Sequence record: DRR723986_6241
Direction: 5' to 3' (one strand)
DNA: 26,831 nucleotides
Both the position numbers and the translations under genes were made by a program. The notes under the pieces were generated by a model. It saw only the letters and a program-made list of their open reading frames with translations. It did no database searches and was not told the DNA's origin. Numbering within the stretch: the stretch's first letter is position 1; every line of letters begins with the position of its first letter. Below, piece after piece: positions 8,191 through 16,817 of the stretch.

Positions 8191-9485
8191 GGCCCGCCCG
8201 GTGACGAAGCGGTTATTGGCGCACCTGAAACGCTGACGCCCTCATCACCTTCATCTGCGCGCTCTGCGGGCATGAAGTCCGGATATCGGCCCAGTCCAAG
8301 AAGCGTGATACCGCCAAGCAGGAACAATCCCGCGCTAACGACCAGAATGAAGTTGTAGGATCCGCTCTGATCGAAAGCATACCCGAAGAGTCCGGGCGCG
8401 ACCGCCGCCCCGATCGAGAAGGCCATATAGAGAAGGCTGTAAATCTTCGAATAGCTCTTCATCCCGAAATAGCGCGACGCCAGATAGGCGATGATGTCAA
8501 ATTCAGCCCCCGCTGCCAGGCCAATCAGTACAGTGGCGATCACCGCCTCCGTATAGGTGATGGAATCGGAGATCAGCAGGAAGCAGGATATTGCGGGCAT
8601 ACACATCAAAACGGCGGCGACAGCGGGCGCCCAGAGGCGGTCCAGCAGAAAGCCCGTGGCGACGCGTCCGACGATGACTGACAGCCCGACCATGGACATG
8701 ATTGAGGCTGCTGCCGCAGGCGTGAACCCATTGCCGACATAGAGCGGGAAAAGGTTTGGAATGGAGCCGCCAATGCCGAAAGAAATGATCATGAAAGCTC
8801 CCGCAATCAGGGCAAAGCGATAGTCTCGCAGAGCCTCGACCAGCGTCTTGCCCGTCTGAAGCTGCTCTGCCACCTGGTGATGGTGGGTCTTTTCCTTGAA
8901 CAGAAGCGCGACAACCGGAATTCCGAGGAGCAACGGAAAGCCGGCCAGAGTCAGCATGGCAGCACGCCAGCCATGTTCCTCGATCACATATGTCGCGAGC
9001 CGCGGCGCAATGAAGCCGATAAAACCCGTGCCCATCAACGCCGCGCCGAGCGCAATACCGCGGTTTTTCTGAAAGATACCGTTGATGGCACGTGTCCAGG
9101 TTATCGGCGTCGTGCCCGCGCCAACCAACCCTATGATCAGGACAGTGCCGTAATATTGAAGGACATTCGGGCCGAGCAGAGACAACGTGGCGAAACTGAT
9201 GCCGTAAAGGATCATAGACAGGAGCGCGACTGGCCTTGCTCCGAATTTGTCGCACGCCCAGCCGATGAACGGCATTACCGCCAAAGCACCAATCGTCTGG
9301 AAAAGAAGTGGCAGCTGGGTCTGGCTGCGCGACCATCCAAATTCGGCTTCGAGCGACCCGGCAAATACGCCATAACTGTAAAAGGGAAGCCCTGTCAGCC
9401 CGACCATGATGCCGACAAATGAAGCGAGCAGCACTGGCCAGCCCCGCCGGAATTCACCTGACTCGATTGTCTGACTTCCACTCAT
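8187..9485 (-). CDS. MFS transporter
   Basis: About 12 hydrophobic segments, MFS motif A (GWACDKFGARP; GFLLDRL) and FGWSRSQ. GGGAG RBS favours ATG 9485. It shares a CTAG back-to-back stop with the convergent gene. Confidence 0.92.
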   Translation of the reverse strand: MSGSQTIESGEFRRGWPVLLASFVGIMVGLTGLPFYSYGVFAGSLEAEFGWSRSQTQLPLLFQTIGALAVMPFIGWACDKFGARPVALLSMILYGISFATLSLLGPNVLQYYGTVLIIGLVGAGTTPITWTRAINGIFQKNRGIALGAALMGTGFIGFIAPRLATYVIEEHGWRAAMLTLAGFPLLLGIPVVALLFKEKTHHHQVAEQLQTGKTLVEALRDYRFALIAGAFMIISFGIGGSIPNLFPLYVGNGFTPAAAASIMSMVGLSVIVGRVATGFLLDRLWAPAVAAVLMCMPAISCFLLISDSITYTEAVIATVLIGLAAGAEFDIIAYLASRYFGMKSYSKIYSLLYMAFSIGAAVAPGLFGYAFDQSGSYNFILVVSAGLFLLGGITLLGLGRYPDFMPAERADEGDEGVSVSGAPITASSPGGP

Positions 9486-9726
9486 CCCAGCGCTCCCGCT
9501 TCCGATTTGCATTCTGCCGCAGTCGTCCCTGCAGAGGAGACATGGCTTTCAAGCATCTTGGATGCCCCCCGCAGTCCCTATCAGCAATGGATCGCCCCCC
9601 GTCTGATCAATAGGCGAGAATCTCTCAGGATGTCGCCAAAGCTGTATCGCGCCCGCGATAATTTCTCACTTATCGGGAAACAGCTTGCCCCAACCCGGGA
9701 TGCCCCACGCCAGCAAGGACTTCACC

Positions 9727-11235
9727 ATGCCCCTCGACCTTCCACCAAATGTCGCCCTGAAATCCGCCACAACCGCTTTCCTCTCTCGCGGCTCGCAGAA
9801 AATGCTCATCGGTGGGGACTGGACAGATGCAGCAGACAGCTCTGTGATCGAGTCCTGCAGTCCTTTTGACGGACAGTTGCTCTCCACAATCCCGGCCGGC
9901 AAACAGGCCGATGTGGATCGAGCGGTGACGGCGGCGCGGGCGGCGTTGGAAACAGGTGTCTGGAGTAGAATGCTGCCAGCTCAGCGCGCCCGGATCCTAT
10001 GGAAGATCGCAGATCTTATCGAGGAGAATATCGACGAACTTGCCGAACTCGAAACGCTCGATCAGGGCAAACCACTCTTCGTCGGCAGGTGGGCCGAAAT
10101 TCCCGGCGCTGTTGAGCAGTTCCGCTACTTCTCGGGCGCAACCACGCGGATTGAAGGGCGCACGATTCCAACCTCTATCGGCTATCAGCCGGAGGGAAAG
10201 GACATCTTCGCCTACACCACGAAAGAACCGGTGGGCGTGGTCGCAGCCATCGTCCCCTGGAATTCACCGCTTGTGCTGACGGCGATGAAAATCGCCCCTG
10301 CCCTGGCTGCTGGTTGCTCTGTCGTGCTGAAGCCCGCCGAAGATACCTCGCTGACCGCCATCCGGCTTGCGGAACTCGCGATTGAAGCCGGTCTTCCCGC
10401 AGGCGTGCTGAACGTCGTCACGGGTCTTGGACGTGAAGCCGGCGCCGCTCTTGCCGCCCACCCGGGCGTCGACAAGGTCGCCTTTACCGGATCGACCGAA
10501 ACCGGCCGCGCGATCCTGGATGCTGCAAAGGGCAATCTGAAGAAGGTAAGTCTGGAATTGGGCGGCAAATCGCCGGTCATCATCCTCGACGACGCAGACC
10601 TCGATCTAGCCATCCCCGGGGCGGCCAACGCAATCTTCTTCAATGGCGGCCAGGTCTGCGTCGCGGGCTCTCGCCTCTACGCTCATCGTTCGGTTTTCGA
10701 TCAGGTTGTTCAGGGCATTTCCGACATCGCAGGCGGGATCAAGATCGGCAACGGACTCGACCCGGCGACCCAGATGGGGCCTCTGGTAAACCCCCAACAG
10801 GCAAGCCGAGTTGAATCCTATATCAAAGGTGCCACAGCTGCTGGCGCAAAAGTCACGGTCGGTGGCGACCGGACCGGGGAGACCGTCATACAGCCAACCG
10901 TCATCACTCAGGTGACCCCTGATATGGCAATCGTTCGCGAGGAGGTTTTCGGACCGGTCATCGTCTGCACGCCTTTCGATGACATTGATGAGCTTGTCGG
11001 TCTCGCCAATGACAGTGATTACGGTCTTGCCGCCAGCATCTGGACAGAAAGCCTGTCATCTGCACATCGGCTCGCCGCCCGCATCCGGGCTGGCACGGTA
11101 TGGATCAACAGCCATTCCATGTACGACGCGACCCTGCCAATTGGCGGCATGAAACAATCTGGCTGGGGACGTGACAGCGGCCAGGATGCAATAGAAAACT
11201 ATCTAGAGCTCAAGACTGTATGTGCGGTGATATGA
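9727..11235 (+). CDS. NAD(P)+-dependent aldehyde dehydrogenase (aromatic/heteroaromatic aldehyde type)
   Basis: AAGGA RBS precedes ATG 9727. Motifs IVPWNSP, LKPAE, FTGSTETG, LELGGKSP, FFNGGQVCVAGSR (catalytic Cys) and EEVFGP. Confidence 0.95.
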   Translation: MPLDLPPNVALKSATTAFLSRGSQKMLIGGDWTDAADSSVIESCSPFDGQLLSTIPAGKQADVDRAVTAARAALETGVWSRMLPAQRARILWKIADLIEENIDELAELETLDQGKPLFVGRWAEIPGAVEQFRYFSGATTRIEGRTIPTSIGYQPEGKDIFAYTTKEPVGVVAAIVPWNSPLVLTAMKIAPALAAGCSVVLKPAEDTSLTAIRLAELAIEAGLPAGVLNVVTGLGREAGAALAAHPGVDKVAFTGSTETGRAILDAAKGNLKKVSLELGGKSPVIILDDADLDLAIPGAANAIFFNGGQVCVAGSRLYAHRSVFDQVVQGISDIAGGIKIGNGLDPATQMGPLVNPQQASRVESYIKGATAAGAKVTVGGDRTGETVIQPTVITQVTPDMAIVREEVFGPVIVCTPFDDIDELVGLANDSDYGLAASIWTESLSSAHRLAARIRAGTVWINSHSMYDATLPIGGMKQSGWGRDSGQDAIENYLELKTVCAVI

Positions 11236-12491
11236 TGAGACACTTTTTAACAAAACTTGGCTCCGCGAGCCTCGCTTCAGCAACCCTGCTCGCGCTGACG
11301 AGTGCGTGCGCCCACCAGCCCGACACAACGGACAAAGAAAACGCCGCATGGGTGCCCTCGGCTGAAGAGGAGGCCTTTTATGAAAAGCGCTTCAACATTC
11401 TGCTGGAGGCTTTCGCGTCCGGGGCCGCCACAACCGAATATGATACGCTGGCACCTGTTCGAGGTGCCGGGCCGGGCAACGAGGAACTTCCTATAGCGGA
11501 TAGCGGCCTGGATCCCGAAACGGCAGCTGCAATAACGTCCTACGCTGCTGCGAACAACTCGCAGGCCCTCATTGTCTACCATCGCGGCAAGATCGTTCAC
11601 GAGACATATTTTCAGGACATGGATGCGAGCTCACTGATCGTGGGAAAATCGCTCGCCAAGCCACTTGGCGTCGTCGCTGTTGGCCGCGCCATACAAGCCG
11701 GAAAAATCGATAGCCTCGACCAGCCGGTTTCAGATTTTATCACTGAGTGGAAAGATACCGACAAGGCCGGCATCACGATCCGGCATCTGCTGCAGATGCG
11801 GTCGGGACTACTGCCTCAGGGCGCGGCACCAGAACTCGAGAATGTTCTCAACCGCGCCTATCTCCATCCAAGTCACGACCAGGTCATCATTCACGAATAT
11901 CCGCTCACTCACGAGCCAGGCAGCCGCTACGAATACTCCAATGCGAATGCTGAACTTGTCGCGCCTGTTATCGAGCGGGCCACAGGCGTTCAGTATGAAG
12001 ACTGGATCGCAGATGAGGTCCTCGCGCCGATCGGCGCCAAGGGCGGCCAGATCTGGATGAACAAGCCGGGCGGTACAGCGCATGCAGGCTGCTGCGTGCT
12101 TGTGCCGGCCCGGTCATGGCTGAGGCTCGCGAAACTCGTGATGGACGGCGGGTCTTGGGACGGAGAACAGCTGCTGCCGGAGGGCTACACCGTTGAAATG
12201 ACAACGCCAACCGCGCAAAATGAGCACACGGGTATGGGGGTCTATATCGGCCAGCCCTATGTCGAGTATCGCGGCTACTTCAATCCCGAAATCGAATTCG
12301 GAAAGACCTACCACAGTGCGCCTTATGAGGATGAAGATCTCATCCTGTTCGACGGCAATTCGAACCAGGTCATCTACATGATCCCGTCAAAGGACCTGAT
12401 CGTTTTGAGGCTGGGCGAAACACCACCGAAAGATCCGGCCTGGGACAATTCCTATTTGCCAAATCTGGTCTCGAAAGCCATCGCTGACTAG
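11232..12491 (+). CDS. Serine hydrolase, beta-lactamase class C/NylB fold, predicted lipoprotein
   Basis: ATGA overlap with the ALDH stop. Signal peptide with lipobox TSA-C. SxxK (SLAK, 11649-11660), HLLQMRSGL, YxN (YEYSN) and PSKDLIVLRLG. Confidence 0.88.
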   Translation: MMRHFLTKLGSASLASATLLALTSACAHQPDTTDKENAAWVPSAEEEAFYEKRFNILLEAFASGAATTEYDTLAPVRGAGPGNEELPIADSGLDPETAAAITSYAAANNSQALIVYHRGKIVHETYFQDMDASSLIVGKSLAKPLGVVAVGRAIQAGKIDSLDQPVSDFITEWKDTDKAGITIRHLLQMRSGLLPQGAAPELENVLNRAYLHPSHDQVIIHEYPLTHEPGSRYEYSNANAELVAPVIERATGVQYEDWIADEVLAPIGAKGGQIWMNKPGGTAHAGCCVLVPARSWLRLAKLVMDGGSWDGEQLLPEGYTVEMTTPTAQNEHTGMGVYIGQPYVEYRGYFNPEIEFGKTYHSAPYEDEDLILFDGNSNQVIYMIPSKDLIVLRLGETPPKDPAWDNSYLPNLVSKAIAD

Positions 12492-12550
12492 GCCTTGAGG
12501 GCTTTCGGTCCGCCTGATCGCGGCGTCACGACCACTCAGGAAATGGCGGA

Positions 12551-12581
12551 GAAACCGAACCTATTCAGTTGGTTCGGTTTC
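12551..12581. terminator. Perfect 11-bp hairpin between convergent genes (possible terminator or 3'-end stabiliser)
   Basis: GAAACCGAACC-N9-GGTTCGGTTTC, followed by GCTTGCTTT on +. It overlaps the DUF1838 #2 stop codon. Confidence 0.45.
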
Positions 12582-13517
12582 GCTTGCTTTGGCATCGAGC
12601 TCCGCGCGGACCTTCTTCATGAAATCAACCCCATCAATCCTGAGGTCGGTCCACTCATCCGTCGCGAAGATCTCGGGCGTATATTTTTCCAGTCCGGCCC
12701 GAGCTTCTGGCGGAATATCGTCCAGACTATCGATATGCGTCCCAAAGGCGCGGACCATCGTCCGGCCTTCGCGAAAACCCATTTTGAAGTAGGGATTGAA
12801 ACTGACCAGGTTCTGCATGTGAACTTCTGCTTTCGCCCTGGCCAACTCTGGATTGAGCACATCCTCAACATCTGCTGAATATGTCAGCATGGAATCCCAA
12901 TAGACCTCTGCTGGCCCAGCATACTCGCCCCAGTCCGGCGTGCTCATGGGATTGTAGGCGAGGTCTGTGGATTGCGTCGGAATGAACACCCGATCACCGA
13001 TGACAGAAATGTTCAGCGGCTCGGGCGCGAGGCCCGGCGCAATGATCCCGTCCGGCGTGTACTCGCGCGAGATAGGCCCGAGAATGAAGGGCGGAATTTC
13101 CACCGTCTCTCCCGTGACCGGATTGGTCCATTCCTCAATCGGCGTCGTCGTGTCGAATTCCGAATAGTAGGCAACTTCATAGTGTTGCAGCCCGAACGTC
13201 CCTGGCTCTTCCAAAGGTGTCCATTTCTGCACGACCACATTGTTCATGGTGAAGAAAGGAATGAGGTTCTCGCCGACATATCCGTATACGTGGAATTTCA
13301 TGTAGGTGTAGGTATCTTCGCGCGCGGTACTGCCCATGACTTTCACGATCATCTCAGACCGCTTCACAGGATCAGACAGGATCTCGTCCAGATCCGCCGT
13401 CGTGTAGGTTCTGGATGATTCCGGCTCAGACGCTGATACGGTCGGTTCTGCGCCGCAGGCAGACAATGCAAGCGCTGAAACCGCTAGAGTGAGACGGAAA
13501 GAGTGACGTTTGAGCAT
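12561..13517 (-). CDS. DUF1838-family protein #2 (divergent), predicted Sec lipoprotein
   Basis: GGGGAAG RBS precedes ATG 13517. Lipobox LSA-C. EVAYY....T..IEEW.NPVTGETVEI aligns with paralogue #1 (EVGFY....TGEILETF.NPYTGEKVNV). Confidence 0.75.
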   Translation of the reverse strand: MLKRHSFRLTLAVSALALSACGAEPTVSASEPESSRTYTTADLDEILSDPVKRSEMIVKVMGSTAREDTYTYMKFHVYGYVGENLIPFFTMNNVVVQKWTPLEEPGTFGLQHYEVAYYSEFDTTTPIEEWTNPVTGETVEIPPFILGPISREYTPDGIIAPGLAPEPLNISVIGDRVFIPTQSTDLAYNPMSTPDWGEYAGPAEVYWDSMLTYSADVEDVLNPELARAKAEVHMQNLVSFNPYFKMGFREGRTMVRAFGTHIDSLDDIPPEARAGLEKYTPEIFATDEWTDLRIDGVDFMKKVRAELDAKASETEPTE

Positions 13518-13608
13518 GAATGCTTCCCCATGAATTCTGCGCCGAGGCGGAGTCAAATCAGGCTGAACTATAGGGCTATGTCTCGCGTTGAAGAGTGGTT
13601 TGGGCTGA

Positions 13609-14538
13609 TTATCCGTCCTGCGAGTACGCGTCAGAAAAATCCAGGCCCTGAACAACCCGCCAGGCCGCCTGCACCGCTGACGCCATGATAAGTCCGCGCG
13701 ATCGAACGAGATAGGTTTCACTTTCCCAACGCTTGCCCTTCACAGCCGGGATGGGAACACCATGGAGCAGCCCCTGCCTCAACTCGATCTCGAAACTCTT
13801 CGATGGCCAGGCGCTCAAATAAGGCTTTCTTGAAAGAAGTTCAGCGATAACCGCAGGATTATAAACGTCGAACTGACTTGGATTAATGGTGTGCATGTCA
13901 TGCCCAAGAAACGTCGCAGCCTTATCGTCTGTACTGACTAGTCGCTCACTCGAGAGCCAGTCCCACTGTCCGGCCCAGGCCGGGTTGTACCGTCGGCTCG
14001 TCTTCAGCGGGTGCGAGGCGCCCATGAACACCATGAATGGATCCCGCCAGAGCGTCTCAGCCGCAAGGTCGGCATAGGAATCGGGGGTGAGCCCACTTAG
14101 GATCAGAAAGTCGAGCTGCTTTGCACGCAGCCGCGGGATCAGCTCATGCTGCATCCCGGTCCGGACAACCACCATGCTTTTTGGAAGCCTGACCTGCACT
14201 TCAGCTGCAATGCGGGCGATCATGCGCGCAGACATTGCCGCACCAAATCCGATCCTCACCTGACCCGTATGTCCATCACGCAGCAGTTCGACCGCCCTGC
14301 GGGTTTCAGCAAGATCCTCGAGAAGCTTCAGACCGCGCTCATAGATCAGCCGGCCGAAGACCGTCACATCCGTGGATTTGCCTCTGGAACGGGACAGCAA
14401 GGTTGTCCCGAGGTCTGCTTCGAGGCTGGCAATGGACTTGGTCAGCGCAGGCTGTGAGATCCCCAGATGCGCCGCGGCGGCATGGTAGCCACCATGCTCC
14501 ACAATCGCGACAAAGTGCTCAATCTGCCGAACATTCAT
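13609..14538 (-). CDS. LysR-family transcriptional regulator
   Basis: 309 aa. N-terminal HTH MNVRQIEHFVAIVEHGGYHAAAAHLGISQPALTKSIASLEADLG, then G.VRIG and LDF motifs. Divergent from the DUF3598 operon. Confidence 0.95.
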   Translation of the reverse strand: MNVRQIEHFVAIVEHGGYHAAAAHLGISQPALTKSIASLEADLGTTLLSRSRGKSTDVTVFGRLIYERGLKLLEDLAETRRAVELLRDGHTGQVRIGFGAAMSARMIARIAAEVQVRLPKSMVVVRTGMQHELIPRLRAKQLDFLILSGLTPDSYADLAAETLWRDPFMVFMGASHPLKTSRRYNPAWAGQWDWLSSERLVSTDDKAATFLGHDMHTINPSQFDVYNPAVIAELLSRKPYLSAWPSKSFEIELRQGLLHGVPIPAVKGKRWESETYLVRSRGLIMASAVQAAWRVVQGLDFSDAYSQDG

Positions 14539-14541
14539 AAT

Positions 14542-14556
14542 ATAACCATCGGTTAT
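14542..14556. promoter_or_regulatory. LysR recognition site ATAACC-ATC-GGTTAT (T-N11-A)
   Basis: Perfect 6-bp inverted repeat with T14543-N11-A14555. It lies 3 nt upstream of the lysR start in a divergent intergenic region. Confidence 0.8.
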
Positions 14557-14673
14557 TTTTCAAAAACGTCAACAGAAAGAGATTCTGGCTTAGGCTAGTG
14601 GTCACAGTCGTATCTGCAGGCAGTGCGGAAACCTCATACCCGAGGCTTGCGATTACCATCAAGGAGTGACCGA

Positions 14674-15168
14674 ATGAATCTCGTCAAGAAGAACATGCCT
14701 CAACACGGCGGCAGCGAAGGCGTCTGGGAGGGGGTTTACATTTACTGTGATCCCGAAGGCAACGAGCTCGATCGCCACAAGTCTCGTCTCACGCACATGT
14801 TCCCTGAAGATAAACCTGAAGAGTATCATCAGCGAAACCAGTACTTCTGGGAGGATGGGCGCGAGGAAGACCTTCTCTTCATCTTCAAGCTCGACGGCCC
14901 GGACAGCGATGAAATGAAATGGCGGGCCGACAGGTCTTATGGTTGCGTCTGGGAAGAAAAGCAGCGCGTTGGCGACATGGCGAATGTGCGCGTCTCCTGG
15001 CACCGCACTGACCTTCAGGGCTATTCGCCTTTCGACATCCCTTATGCGACAATTCACGAGCTGATCGAGATGGACGCCGACTACAAGCATCGCGCCCGGG
15101 TCTGGCAGTGGTATGTCGACGGGGTGATCGCAGGCCGGACAATCATTCAGGAAAAGCGTGTTGCCTGA
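14674..15168 (+). CDS. DUF3598-like calycin/beta-barrel protein
   Basis: AAGGAG RBS precedes ATG 14674. 164 aa with calycin-type EGVWEGVY, D.H.SRL, Y.Q.N.Y.W.DG and C-terminal R.R.WQW..DG....RT.I.E.R. No signal peptide. Confidence 0.7.
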   Translation: MNLVKKNMPQHGGSEGVWEGVYIYCDPEGNELDRHKSRLTHMFPEDKPEEYHQRNQYFWEDGREEDLLFIFKLDGPDSDEMKWRADRSYGCVWEEKQRVGDMANVRVSWHRTDLQGYSPFDIPYATIHELIEMDADYKHRARVWQWYVDGVIAGRTIIQEKRVA

Positions 15169-15228
15169 GCTCTGTTGAGCGATAACGATCCAAGGAACTG
15201 CAACACCACTTGAGAACAGGACTGAGGA

Positions 15229-16440
15229 ATGGCCGATTCAGCCGGAAAACCCGCAGAAATGGCACCGCCGCCGGTAACCGAAGCTGTGCGTCATGGCGTC
15301 TATCCGGACATGGATCATGACGAACGGGCGCGCTTCAATTATCAGGCCTGTCTCTACAAATCCATTTCGAATGAAGTCTCGCCCGGCAATCCGAAGGTCT
15401 ACGAAAAGCGCGTTCTGCCAGCCTTCAAGAAAGCGCATGGCCGCGCACCCGAAAGCCGTCACGAAGTCCGGCGTGCCATGACGGCTGATCCCTTTCACAG
15501 TTTCTGGGGGGCGCTACGGCGCAACACGATGGAGATGCGCCAGGTCAACGGCCAGTTCATCACCTTGCGCCAGCTGGACAATCTTGCGGCGCGGGCGAGC
15601 GAGCTGAATGACGGATCGGACCGCCTCATTCTCGATCCGGACCTCGAAGTCCCCTACTATGTCTCCGAAGTCGATCACCATTGCATGCCAGGCAGTTACT
15701 ACCGCGAACTCGTAGACGGTGACATCTCACCCGCAGCGAACTATGACGCCGGTTTCTTCATCACGACCGGCGGTTCGATTGGCGGCCTGTGTGACGGCGG
15801 CGGCAAGTCCGTCGTTCAGTGGCTGCGGGACAAGCACGCCGATCTGAAGCCGCGGAAAATTCTGGATATTGGTACGGCGCTTGGGAACACACTCGTCCCG
15901 ATTGCCGCTGCGTTTCCAGACGCCGACATCACGGCGCTGGATGTGTCTGCACCAATGCTCCGCTACGGACATGCCCGCGCGAAATCCCTCGGCATCGAGA
16001 ACATCACTTTCAGACAGATGAATGGCGAGGATCTGTCCGCGTTCGAGGATGGCGAGTTTGACTTCGTCATGACGTCCATCTTCCTGCACGAACTGTCATC
16101 CAAGTCGCTTCCACGTGTCATTCAGGAAGCCTACCGCGTCCTGGCTCCGGGCGGCCTCATGCTGCACCTCGAGCAACCTCAGTATACAGATGATATGCCG
16201 CTCTACGAGCAATATATGCGTGACTGGGACTCGTACAACAATAACGAACCCTTCTGGTCGGCCATGCATGAAATCGACCTGATCGACCTTTTGTCGAGTG
16301 TTGGGTTTGATGCAGACGCTGTCGATGTGGCCTCACTGAAGGGCGTGACAGACTATGCCGACAAATCCAGTCCGACCTCGGTCGAACACGGCCGCGCACC
16401 CGACTGGCACGCCTATGTCGCCCGCAAATCGAACTCGTGA
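15229..16440 (+). CDS. Class I SAM-dependent methyltransferase with long N-terminal domain
   Basis: GAGG RBS. Motif I ILDIGTALG, then ALDVSAPMLRYG, FDFVMTSIFLHE and EAYRVLAPGG. Confidence 0.88.
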   Translation: MADSAGKPAEMAPPPVTEAVRHGVYPDMDHDERARFNYQACLYKSISNEVSPGNPKVYEKRVLPAFKKAHGRAPESRHEVRRAMTADPFHSFWGALRRNTMEMRQVNGQFITLRQLDNLAARASELNDGSDRLILDPDLEVPYYVSEVDHHCMPGSYYRELVDGDISPAANYDAGFFITTGGSIGGLCDGGGKSVVQWLRDKHADLKPRKILDIGTALGNTLVPIAAAFPDADITALDVSAPMLRYGHARAKSLGIENITFRQMNGEDLSAFEDGEFDFVMTSIFLHELSSKSLPRVIQEAYRVLAPGGLMLHLEQPQYTDDMPLYEQYMRDWDSYNNNEPFWSAMHEIDLIDLLSSVGFDADAVDVASLKGVTDYADKSSPTSVEHGRAPDWHAYVARKSNS

Positions 16441-16811
16441 GTGTCGACCAAATGCTCACCGATGAAGACATCCAGCGACTCGCCATTTCCAAGGCAAAGG
16501 GCAAAAGGCCTAAATATCTTGGCACGCCCGCCGAGGAACATCTGCTGTCCATGGTCATGGTGCTCGCAGAAGAACTCGCCGTGATGCGGGAACGTAGCGA
16601 CACGCTTGAACGGCTTCTGGAGCAGCATGGCATCCTGCCGCGCTCGGAAATCGAAAGCTACACCCCCGACAGCGCGACCGGTCAGGCGCGGCAGAAGAAG
16701 CATCTGGAATTCAATGCCCGCCTCCTTCGTAGCCTGCGACAAGAGGCCGACTCACTGAATAGCAATGACAAGTCCGCCGAAGAAATGGCAGACCTGCTGA
16801 AGAAAGCCTGA
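16437..16811 (+). CDS. Small helical/coiled-coil hypothetical protein coupled to the methyltransferase
   Basis: GTGA start/stop overlap. 124 aa with AKGKRP followed by an amphipathic heptad segment LLSMVMVLAEELAVMRERSDTLERLLE. Confidence 0.75.
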   Translation: MSVDQMLTDEDIQRLAISKAKGKRPKYLGTPAEEHLLSMVMVLAEELAVMRERSDTLERLLEQHGILPRSEIESYTPDSATGQARQKKHLEFNARLLRSLRQEADSLNSNDKSAEEMADLLKKA

Positions 16812-16817
16812 CGGCTC

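Noticed and set aside
11232-12491. Possible antibiotic-resistance beta-lactamase
   Set aside because: It lacks the KTG motif of AmpC and resembles NylB/esterase-type hydrolases. The context is catabolic with no mobile element.
13518-13721. 68-aa N-terminal extension of the 12561-13721 ORF
   Set aside because: It overlaps the lysR 3' end. The RBS and lipoprotein signal place the start at 13517.
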